Shown piece after piece: positions 31,332-39,757 of a stretch of DNA of 64,000 bases (the first letter of the stretch is position 1; each line of letters starts with the position of its first letter). The translations under genes and the position numbers were made by a program. Where the stretch lies: contig OY762428.1 in assembly GCA_963665665.1 (NCBI GenBank), positions 1,632,001-1,696,000 on the forward strand, given 5' to 3'. A model generated the notes under the pieces. The model saw only the letters and a program-made list of their open reading frames with translations, made no database searches and was not told the origin of the DNA. The stretch comes from Candidatus Kapaibacterium sp. GTDB taxonomy: Bacteria > Bacteroidota > Ignavibacteria > Kapaibacteriales > UBA2268.

Positions 31332-32129
31332 ATGAAATTGAAATTATTAGCAGGTATAGCCTTACTTATTATTTTTACTTTTTTATTTAATTCTCCGCTT
31401 GGAAGCGCCGGAAACAGCTGCGTACAGAATGGCGAAGTACTGGAATACGAGATTTCATACATGGGTGTTTCCCTTGCAAAAGTAAAAGTTGTAACCAATG
31501 GCAATGAAAAAGTATTTGGCAGGCCAAGGCATGTAGCCAAAGCTTATATTAATACATATTCACATGTTCCAATGGTTGATGTAAACGCCATTCTTCAAAC
31601 CTGGTTCGACCCGGCTTACGGCTACTCTGCAAAATATTCCAGAAATCTTAAACTTAGCGACAAACCGCGCGAGTACCAGGAACTGCTTTTCGACTACCAG
31701 GACGGCAGAATAAGCAATAAGAAATGGGTAAAGAAGAAACTTGTTCACAGTTCCGGGATAAAAATCAATAAAAAACAACGTCTCTCCGATCCCCTGGGGC
31801 TGTTTTTTAAGGCAAGGGAACTAAGTACAAGAAGACAAAAAAAATCAATTTATACTGTTTTTGAAAGGAATCCTTTCTATGTAAGCCTGAATATTACCGG
31901 TAAAAAGAAAAAAATGGAGGTAGATGCTCTTGGAGGCATGATAAAGGTTGCCCAGATAAAAGCCCACGCAAACTGGGAATCAGGTTACGGCCTTACCGGA
32001 AATATCGAAGGCTGGGTAACCGCTGATAAAGCAGCCGTACCTGTTATTGCCGAAATTGATTTTTATATCGGAAAGATAACCGTCGAGTTAGTGAAAGCAT
32101 CACGTCCGGGATGGAAAGCCCCGAGATGA
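31332..32129 (+). CDS. DUF3108-family exported protein
   Basis: Signal peptide; GEVLEYEISYMG start; WVTADKAAVPV...IGKITVEL end. Confidence 0.75.
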   Translation: MKLKLLAGIALLIIFTFLFNSPLGSAGNSCVQNGEVLEYEISYMGVSLAKVKVVTNGNEKVFGRPRHVAKAYINTYSHVPMVDVNAILQTWFDPAYGYSAKYSRNLKLSDKPREYQELLFDYQDGRISNKKWVKKKLVHSSGIKINKKQRLSDPLGLFFKARELSTRRQKKSIYTVFERNPFYVSLNITGKKKKMEVDALGGMIKVAQIKAHANWESGYGLTGNIEGWVTADKAAVPVIAEIDFYIGKITVELVKASRPGWKAPR

Positions 32130-33058
32130 TAAACGCGGATGAAAATTTAAACCGCTGGATGATGGATTCCGATCCGGCGATTAAATGGCAGTACATGAAA
32201 GATATACTTGGGCTGCCACCAAAAGAATACGAGCCTGTAAGGAAATCAGTCTCGGAAACAGGCTGGGGTAAAATGTTCCTGGATTTTCAGGATAAAAAAT
32301 ATACATGGGGCGGGGATTTATACTCACCTAAATGGATTTCAACCACATATACCCTGCTGACATTGAAATATTTCGGCATTGAACCTGATGTTAACAGCAG
32401 AAAAGGATGTAGCCTATTAATAGACCGAGGACTATACAGGGACGGAGGGATAAATTATTTCGGATCTATTAACTATGGAGAACAATGTGTAACAGCCATG
32501 GTTGCTTCACTAATGTCTCATTTCACTCCTGACGATGACAGAATTCACGGTTTAGTGGAATTTCTATCGGCAAGGCAAATGGCTGACGGCGGATGGAACT
32601 GCCAGTCACCAAAAGGTCATCAGCACAGCTCCATGCACACAACGATCAGTATTCTTGAATGTATGGCAGATTATAATAATACTTACGGCCAGCAGCAAAA
32701 GCTGAATGAACAAATACTTAAAGCGGTTGAATTCGTCCTGCAGCATCGTTTATTTAAGTCTGACAAAACCGGCAATATCATTGACCAGAAATACACCCGA
32801 TTTTCTTTTCCACCAAGGTGGAGATATGATATTATGAGAATGCTTGAATTTTCGGCTAAAAATAATCTCCACTATGATGAAAGATATTCAGATGCAGTTG
32901 AACTGTTCCTTAATAAGAGAAATAAGGACAGAAGCTGGAATGTACAGCAAAAATATAGCGGCCGGGTATTTTTTGATATGGAGAAAACCGGAAAGCCCTC
33001 GAAGTGGAATACATTAAGAGGGATGAGGATTTTGAAATGGTTAAATGATAAAATTTAA
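32126..33058 (+). CDS. Prenyltransferase/squalene-cyclase-like repeat hypothetical protein
   Basis: DPAIKWQ, YSPKWISTTYTL, QMADGGWNC, FPPRWRYD and PSKWNTLR motifs; ATGA overlap. Confidence 0.7.
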   Translation: MINADENLNRWMMDSDPAIKWQYMKDILGLPPKEYEPVRKSVSETGWGKMFLDFQDKKYTWGGDLYSPKWISTTYTLLTLKYFGIEPDVNSRKGCSLLIDRGLYRDGGINYFGSINYGEQCVTAMVASLMSHFTPDDDRIHGLVEFLSARQMADGGWNCQSPKGHQHSSMHTTISILECMADYNNTYGQQQKLNEQILKAVEFVLQHRLFKSDKTGNIIDQKYTRFSFPPRWRYDIMRMLEFSAKNNLHYDERYSDAVELFLNKRNKDRSWNVQQKYSGRVFFDMEKTGKPSKWNTLRGMRILKWLNDKI

Positions 33059-33128
33059 TTATTGATTATTTTTATACATAGCCGGATGACCCATTACACT
33101 TATTCTTTGATTTTGGATTCTTAGATAT

Positions 33129-33262
33129 GGGCGGCCACAAGAACCGCCCCTACAGATAATTTCAGACATCCAGAATCCACATAATTTTTGAAGTCTCAGT
33201 TTTGAAAATTCCAATTCAGTTTCCGCACCTCCCATACCCTCCCCAAAGGGTAGGGGTTGGGG
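33129..33262. repeat. GTAG-type REP and CCCTCCC-type palindrome
   Basis: Reverse strand TGTAGGGGCGGTTCTTGTGGCCGCCC; CCTCCCATACCCTCCCCAAAGGGTAGGGG. Confidence 0.65.
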
Positions 33263-33321
33263 AATGTCAGGCATGATAATATTTTATAGTTCAGATTTAT
33301 TGATGTGGTAAAAGTTGATAT

Positions 33322-35619
33322 TTATCTGAAAACTACAAACCTGCGCGTTATGATTCCTGAATCTGTTTTGACCTTCAAATAGTATATCCCGTTTGGAAAA
33401 CTATCCGTTTGAATTCTGTTTCCTTTCAATAGCCTAATATCTTTTATTTCAAATCGTGTATTACCATAAATATCAAATATTAAAATTTCTTTTCCTGAAA
33501 AATTGTCTGAATAGGATAAATTTATAAAATTATTTGTCGGATTGGGGCAAATGGTCAGATCATTTTTATTTTTATTTTCATCAACAGATATTATCAGCCT
33601 GAAAGTGTCTGCTTCTGAAAAGCAGCCGTTATCACCAAGCACTTTTACGGAATAATCTCCACCATAGTGCACGTAAATGGTGTCGCCGTGGTCGTTGTTT
33701 ATATATTCGCCGTTGAAGTACCAATAGTTGTTCTCAGGCGACGATGATATCAGCGCCTGCAATGTTTCCGCCTTGCTGATTGTAGCCTTTTCCGGACGTG
33801 GCAGAACCTGCTTAACTATTGTGTCCCTGCTGATTTTATTAATTCGTGTTATATTCTGCAAAAATTCAATTCTTGCAGGGCCTGCTTCTTTCCATTTGAT
33901 TTCCACAAACGATTCATTGGAAGAGCCGTTTATCGAGCAATTTTCCAAAGCTGTCCATTTAAAATTTCTATACTCTCCTTCAGCCTGGTAGCTGTCTGTT
34001 TCTTTTTCACAAACGTTTCCCGGACCATTGTAAGCAATATCAGTACTTAAAACATTAAAAGTAACAACTTCGATTGCTGTTGTGGATTCCGATGAATTAT
34101 ATACAAAATTCACATGATAGCTTCCCGGTAGTGCGTCTTCCGGAACGGCGAATATATACTTTCCTTTTCCCCGGTCGTCTGTGAATACAGTATCAACTAC
34201 TCCGGATAGGTTGTACTTACAAACTATCTTTTTACCATGCAATGGAAATCCAATGGAATTTTCCGTGGCCAATTCAAATTCTATTGTTTCACCCGGAAAG
34301 TAGTCATTCGTATCCTTATCAGTTATCAGACAAGCGAAAATATTTTTTACATTTGCAGTGATATTATCAATTATCATCTGCATAATTTTTTCATTGTTTG
34401 CCAGATGACGAAAATCAACAGCGAAATATATCGAATGATACCCCTTTATATAATTTGTTAAAACAGCTATACTATCCGTATTATTAAAATTTTTATAGTA
34501 CATGAATTCATTAACAAAGCCTGTCATTTCCGGGGCAGGTTGAATTAAGCCGCAATGTGGAGCATTGTCTCCGGGAAATTGTGTGGATTTAATTGGAATA
34601 ATATATTTATTGTCCATTGAAATTATTGAATTCCCGTCATTATTAATATTCTCGCCTGATGGATTTCCGGGTGGATTGTTCCTGGCACCAATAAAGTCCA
34701 TAAACCCTCCGTCATAATCCGGTACATTACCGGTGTGAAACCTTGCAATTTCCTGGCTGAATATTACAACCGAAAGCCTGTCATCCCAGCTGCCATTATA
34801 ACCAAACATAGCAATATTATATCGCTCATGTTTGCTTACTGGTTTATCGTCCCCGTCTATCCAGAAAATAGCTTTATATTTTGAATAGTCTACATTCTGC
34901 GGCTCCCATGAATTTCTGTCAAAATAATCGAATAAGGGCTTATTTACTCTGTTTTCAATGTCAGAACACAGCGTATGAAGGGAATCGAAATTAAGTTTTC
35001 CCGCAATAATATCTTTCGGGCTGTTTTTACCAATATCCTGCCATGTATTTTCTGCCGAAACAAGCGCAATTCCTTTTTTCAGATAAAGCCTGAAAATCAG
35101 TTCCCCGTAATTATTAGTCGTATCTTTATCCGGAGACAATTTGATGACAACCTTATATCGCGGAGTTACATTTTTTGCCATAAATTTGAATCTGTCAGGT
35201 ATATGATAATTTGCTCCCTGAGCATTTAACTCAAGATATGATTGAGGGTGAAAGGATCTTTCATCATAATCATAAGGGTCCATATTTATAAATATCCTCT
35301 GGACATAGGCAGTTAAACAGGCATCTATTTGTTCATTAAAAACCTCTGTGGTAAAAATTCCATATTCATCTTCACGATAAATTTTCATTTTACCAATATT
35401 TTCATATACCGTATTTCCGTTATTGTTTAAAACAAATGTAAAATAAAGATTCGAAGCATCCATTATATACATTGCATCTGAAAATTCTCCTTCTTCAGAT
35501 TGGTGCACGCCGGGGGATTTAAAATATGCGAATTCAACATCATATCTTGGTTGGGCCTCTGATTCCTTCAGCACAAAGAATGATAATAAAGCAAAAGATA
35601 ATAGTAATAATCTTCTCAT
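33322..35619 (-). CDS. T9SS-sorted multidomain protein
   Basis: Signal peptide; Ig-like segments; CTD ICPNPT...FDIYG...FPNGIYYLKV...RRFVV. Confidence 0.8.
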   Translation of the reverse strand: MRRLLLLSFALLSFFVLKESEAQPRYDVEFAYFKSPGVHQSEEGEFSDAMYIMDASNLYFTFVLNNNGNTVYENIGKMKIYREDEYGIFTTEVFNEQIDACLTAYVQRIFINMDPYDYDERSFHPQSYLELNAQGANYHIPDRFKFMAKNVTPRYKVVIKLSPDKDTTNNYGELIFRLYLKKGIALVSAENTWQDIGKNSPKDIIAGKLNFDSLHTLCSDIENRVNKPLFDYFDRNSWEPQNVDYSKYKAIFWIDGDDKPVSKHERYNIAMFGYNGSWDDRLSVVIFSQEIARFHTGNVPDYDGGFMDFIGARNNPPGNPSGENINNDGNSIISMDNKYIIPIKSTQFPGDNAPHCGLIQPAPEMTGFVNEFMYYKNFNNTDSIAVLTNYIKGYHSIYFAVDFRHLANNEKIMQMIIDNITANVKNIFACLITDKDTNDYFPGETIEFELATENSIGFPLHGKKIVCKYNLSGVVDTVFTDDRGKGKYIFAVPEDALPGSYHVNFVYNSSESTTAIEVVTFNVLSTDIAYNGPGNVCEKETDSYQAEGEYRNFKWTALENCSINGSSNESFVEIKWKEAGPARIEFLQNITRINKISRDTIVKQVLPRPEKATISKAETLQALISSSPENNYWYFNGEYINNDHGDTIYVHYGGDYSVKVLGDNGCFSEADTFRLIISVDENKNKNDLTICPNPTNNFINLSYSDNFSGKEILIFDIYGNTRFEIKDIRLLKGNRIQTDSFPNGIYYLKVKTDSGIITRRFVVFR

Positions 35620-35886
35620 GATTTCACCGGAATAATTGTTTTTTGTTTATTATCTTAACCCATGAAACTTAAAAAAGACGCAAAATATTTTTCCTCACAA
35701 TAGATTATTTCAGAATTATCCTTGCAGTTAATAATTAATAGCAACACTATGGTTACATAGTCATTTTCAATTTTATTATAATTCTTTCTCTAAATTTCTT
35801 AATTTTGTTTTCTGTTATGGTAACGATTGGAAAATAGAGATTTTAGAAGAAATGAATTTGATTATTTAACTGAATTTGGGGAAATT

Positions 35887-37203
35887 ATGGAACACGAGTT
35901 TGAAGTACCAATTTATTCATTGATCCCGTTTGTTTTAATGTTGGGGGCAATAGCCGTATTGCCGCTGGCAGCTCATAACTTCTGGGAAAAGAACAGGAAT
36001 AAGCTGTTTATAGCGCTCGGGCTTGGGATACCAACAGCGGCATGGCTGCTTGCCAATGGTATGCTTCACGAACTGGAACACGCCGTGATATTTGATTATG
36101 TACCTTTCATCCTGATGCTGGGAGCTTTGTTCATTATCACCGGTGGTATAAACATTAGTGGTAATATCGAGGCAAAGCCAAAAACCAATGTGATTATAAT
36201 TGCAATTGGGTCGGTTCTGGCATCACTTATGGGGACTACCGGAGCGGCAATGCTTTTGATACGCCCGCTGATAAATACAAATAAGGAAAGAAAGTACAAA
36301 GTTCATACTATTCTCTTCTTTATTGCCACAGTGGCAAACTGCGGCGGTCTTCTTACCCCTCTTGGCGACCCGCCCCTGTTCATGATGTACCTGCGCGGAG
36401 CACCGTTTACATGGTTCTCCAACCTTGTTGTTGAATGGGCATTTGTAAATATCGCACTTATAGTAATATACTTCTTCGTGGATTCCTATTTCTACAAAAA
36501 AGAAGATCCTGAAGACGTTAAAATTGACCATGACAATAAAGAACCTATCAGAATTACAGGCAGCCTGAACTTTGTATGGCTTCTCGGTGTTGTTCTTGCC
36601 GTAGCCTTTATCAATCCAAATACAATTTCCTGGATTAAAGCCGGTACAATTAGCGCTTTCACCCGCGAGGCAGTTTTTGTATTGATGGCCGTTCTTTCGT
36701 TAAAACTTACAAAGCAGAAAGTCAGGCTTGCAAATCAATTTTCCTGGGAACCTATCGAGGAAGTGGCATACCTGTTTATCGGTATTTTCATTACAATGGT
36801 TCCCTGCCTGTCATATCTCGAGGCAAACGCGCACCAGCTTGGAGTTGACGCTCCCAACCTGATTTACTATGCAACCGGCGCTTTGAGCGGATTCCTGGAT
36901 AATACCCCGACAGCCGTTACATTCTATTCTCTTACTGTCGGGCTTACACAGCAAAACCCTGCAATGCTGGACGGAGTTACAGCTATTGCCGGAATTCCTG
37001 AATCATTTATGATAGCAATTTCCGTAGCTTCAGTATTCTTCGGTTCAATGACTTATATTGGCAACGGCCCGAACTTTATGGTTAAAGCTATTGCCGAAAG
37101 CCAGGGAATTAAGATGCCTGATTTCTTCTCATACATGATTAAATTCTCGCTGATAGTATTACTCCCGTTGTTCATACTGTCTCAGATATTGTTTATTCAT
37201 TAG
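35887..37203 (+). CDS. Sodium:proton antiporter (IT superfamily)
   Basis: GTTGAAMLLIRP, NCGGLLTPLGDPPLF, SGFLDNTPT and GSMTYIGNGPNFMVKAIAE motifs. Confidence 0.88.
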   Translation: MEHEFEVPIYSLIPFVLMLGAIAVLPLAAHNFWEKNRNKLFIALGLGIPTAAWLLANGMLHELEHAVIFDYVPFILMLGALFIITGGINISGNIEAKPKTNVIIIAIGSVLASLMGTTGAAMLLIRPLINTNKERKYKVHTILFFIATVANCGGLLTPLGDPPLFMMYLRGAPFTWFSNLVVEWAFVNIALIVIYFFVDSYFYKKEDPEDVKIDHDNKEPIRITGSLNFVWLLGVVLAVAFINPNTISWIKAGTISAFTREAVFVLMAVLSLKLTKQKVRLANQFSWEPIEEVAYLFIGIFITMVPCLSYLEANAHQLGVDAPNLIYYATGALSGFLDNTPTAVTFYSLTVGLTQQNPAMLDGVTAIAGIPESFMIAISVASVFFGSMTYIGNGPNFMVKAIAESQGIKMPDFFSYMIKFSLIVLLPLFILSQILFIH

Positions 37204-37223
37204 AAGATAATTTACATAATTTT

Positions 37224-37258
37224 AAAAAAGCTCCGGAATATTGCTTCCGGAGCTTTTT
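37224..37258. terminator. Bidirectional intrinsic terminator
   Basis: AAAAAAGCTCCGGAA-tattgc-TTCCGGAGCTTTTT. Confidence 0.85.
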
Positions 37259-37277
37259 ATTATAATATTTGAAACGA

Positions 37278-38117
37278 TCAAATTGTGTTTCCAAAGAATT
37301 TGTCTAGTATGTCAAGGGTAATATTTATCCTGGCAGCCATAACTTCGGGTGTAAAATCTCCTTCGAATCTGATGTTATTCGCAAAATAATATACATTAGA
37401 GCCTTTTTCCACCCAACCAACAAACCACCCGACTTTGTCGAATGTTGACAGCCCTGATTTGGCCCTGATTTTCATTCCATTTTCATCTGAAAAAAGCATT
37501 ATTTCCTTGACGGTTTCAAGATTCTTTTTTTTGAAATCAAGATTATTATGATACAGTTTTTTCAGGAAATCAATTTGTTCCCTTTGTGATATTCTTATCT
37601 TTCCGTTCAGCCAGAATTCGTCAACGGGGCCTGAAATATCATTATTTCCGTAATTTACTTTTTCGATATATTCCTGCATTCTGTCATGCCCAATGCGCCT
37701 TGCAATTTCCTTGTAGAACCAGACAACGGAATTTCTATAGGCGCTTTGCAAATTATGATCCTGATCCCAGACTTTCAGCCAGCGCTTCTGCCCGTCCCAT
37801 TTTATTAGTTCGTCCTTGCTTTCAACAGCGCCGCTTTCCAGGGCAAAAATAGAATTCGGAATTTTGAATGACGATGCCGGGCAGAATCTTTTTCCGGTAC
37901 GCTCCTTATTGAAAAAATGATAACTATCTTCTTTTTCATCAAGCAACAGGAATGATCCGCTATAGCCGTGTTTCCCGAAAACGCTGTCGGCATAAGTGAT
38001 TTCTATCCATTCAGGATCAGATTTAATCTGATCAGCCTGTAATTCTTCGTTCGTGTTTTCCTTGCCGCCACAGGCAACAAAGATCAATACTGCTGTAATT
38101 ACAAAAATAATTTTCAT
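37278..38117 (-). CDS. Class D beta-lactamase (OXA-like), lipoprotein
   Basis: PASSFK (SxxK), SVVW, YGN, FWL, KSG and GWFVGWVE motifs; lipobox FVAC. Confidence 0.88.
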   Translation of the reverse strand: MKIIFVITAVLIFVACGGKENTNEELQADQIKSDPEWIEITYADSVFGKHGYSGSFLLLDEKEDSYHFFNKERTGKRFCPASSFKIPNSIFALESGAVESKDELIKWDGQKRWLKVWDQDHNLQSAYRNSVVWFYKEIARRIGHDRMQEYIEKVNYGNNDISGPVDEFWLNGKIRISQREQIDFLKKLYHNNLDFKKKNLETVKEIMLFSDENGMKIRAKSGLSTFDKVGWFVGWVEKGSNVYYFANNIRFEGDFTPEVMAARINITLDILDKFFGNTI

Positions 38118-38129
38118 CAAAGTATCCTT

Positions 38130-38516
38130 TTATTTAATTATTGGTTTTCTTTTCCCAAAATACAGAAGATGTGCCGGGCAAACAGAACAATCCGATGAGC
38201 CAAAACCTTTTACCGGGACTGAAACCCCTGGTTCAATCAGCAGCATGGCATTCAACTCGCATTCGTTCTTTTCATCAGACGGATAGTATAATGTTTCTTC
38301 AATTTCAGTACAACTGTCATTCAGAAAATAATCAATATGCCATCTCAAAGTTTTTTCTTTTCTATTATGCCTGTCAACTCTTTTTTGTAAGTTATTCATG
38401 GCACTTCCGGTATAAACATACCATCCCTTTTTGAAAAAATATTTACCCAGGGCGCCTATTTCAATTTCTCTGTCCGTGGATAAATAAATAATAAGCCTGT
38501 ATGCTCCTTTGTTCAC
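38130..38516 (-). CDS. GIY-YIG nuclease family protein (DUF123-like)
   Basis: GAYRL...GWYVYTGSA...RVDRH...WHIDY...EC...GFGSSDC..CPAHL. Confidence 0.85.
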   Translation of the reverse strand: MNKGAYRLIIYLSTDREIEIGALGKYFFKKGWYVYTGSAMNNLQKRVDRHNRKEKTLRWHIDYFLNDSCTEIEETLYYPSDEKNECELNAMLLIEPGVSVPVKGFGSSDCSVCPAHLLYFGKRKPIIK

Positions 38517-39298
38517 TTTTTTTTCCTCGCGTTTTTATCCCAGTTTTTTAAAGCAGGTTCAAATATCCATGACGGAATTATCTTAACAAGTCCGGTAAGA
38601 AGAGCCATTTGTTTCGGGAAGGCAATTATTCTTTTTTTCTTTCGAATCCCGTCCATAATTATCTTTGCAGCTTTTTCCGGCTGCATCAAAAATGGCATTT
38701 CAAAGTCATTCTGGTCTGTCATATCGGTTTTCACAAATCCGGGCCTGACTGTAAGAACATCTACATTATATCTTTTCATCTCAATACGGGCAGATTCCAG
38801 CAACATGCTTAGCGCTGATTTACTGGAACTGTACGATGCGGAACCCGGGAAGCCGCGCACATCAGCCATAGAACTGATTCCTGCTATAATTCCGCTTCCG
38901 TTTTCTTTCATTCCCGGAATTAGAAATTCAAGTGCGTGTGCTATACCAAAAACGTTCACTTCGAAAATCTTTTGCAGATTGTTACTGTCAAACTCAGCAA
39001 TTTTCTCCGATCCGCCTATTCCTGCATTCAATATAGCTATATCAATTTTACTTAGAAAAGCAAGCGCCTGGTTTATACTCTCCATTACCGAATTTTTATC
39101 GCTTACATCACAAAATGAATATGATGATTTGACACCAAATTTTTCACTAATCTCTCTGCTAAGATCTGTCAGCTTTTGATTATCTCTTGCTGCGATAAAT
39201 ACATTTGCTCCGTTTACTGCTGATTCAATGGCTAAAGCCCTGCCAATTCCCCTTGACCCTCCGCTTATATAAATATTTTTGCCTTTAATTTCTAACAT
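38513..39298 (-). CDS. SDR family NAD(P)-dependent oxidoreductase
   Basis: ISGGSRGIG, LNAG, YSSSK and PGFVKTDM motifs; start uncertain (39298, 39319 or 39352). Confidence 0.9.
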   Translation of the reverse strand: MLEIKGKNIYISGGSRGIGRALAIESAVNGANVFIAARDNQKLTDLSREISEKFGVKSSYSFCDVSDKNSVMESINQALAFLSKIDIAILNAGIGGSEKIAEFDSNNLQKIFEVNVFGIAHALEFLIPGMKENGSGIIAGISSMADVRGFPGSASYSSSKSALSMLLESARIEMKRYNVDVLTVRPGFVKTDMTDQNDFEMPFLMQPEKAAKIIMDGIRKKKRIIAFPKQMALLTGLVKIIPSWIFEPALKNWDKNARKKK

Positions 39299-39360
39299 TA
39301 TGTCACAGCCCTTTTTCATAATAACAGATGGAACAAATATATCAAAAATCATGCTGAAAA

Positions 39361-39553
39361 TTCAGAAATCCGACTCCTCGTAATTTTAAGTAGCAGTTTT
39401 AGATTAATCCAATTCAGTTCCCGTCCCATTCCAAACACAAGCAGTGTGCAACCATCGTAAGGGGACCACTCCTCCACGAATGCGAGTGCGTTGAAGAAAG
39501 AACAAGGTGGTAATAGGTTCAAATATCGGTGCATTGCTCCCAATAAGGTCTGA
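39361..39553 (-). ncRNA. ssrS: Probable 6S RNA
   Basis: ~190 nt intergenic region; minus strand folds by eye into a long rod with G-U pairs, central bubble and terminal hairpin TCGTGGAGGA-gtgg-TCCCCTTACGA; CCGATATTTGAACC resembles 6S bubble-flanking sequence. Confidence 0.5.
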
Positions 39554-39690
39554 AAAAAGCAAATTTTTGCTTCAAAATGCTCAGGCTATACTTCAATATA
39601 TCCCGACATGATAAGTTAAAATTATACAAACAGCTTAGTTTGCATAAACATAAGTTTTTTATGATAGACAGCCCTACAAATAAAATTACT

Positions 39691-39717
39691 CATCCGGCGG
39701 TTTAAAGCCACCGGATG
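39691..39717. repeat. Palindrome (REP-like or terminator)
   Basis: CATCCGGCGGTTT-AAAGCCACCGGATG downstream of the 965-aa gene. Confidence 0.5.
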
Positions 39718-39757
39718 AGTAATTATTGTAAAAGAATTAGAAAATGAGAAAGTATAC

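Noticed and set aside
39524-39538. ATCGGTGCATTGCT similarity between the putative 6S RNA and array 2 (6353-6366)
   Set aside because: A 13/14 match is expected by chance when a several-hundred-bp array is compared with a 64-kb window.
39349-39543. 64-aa ORF upstream of the SDR gene
   Set aside because: TTG start, no recognisable features, and it coincides with the structured RNA candidate.
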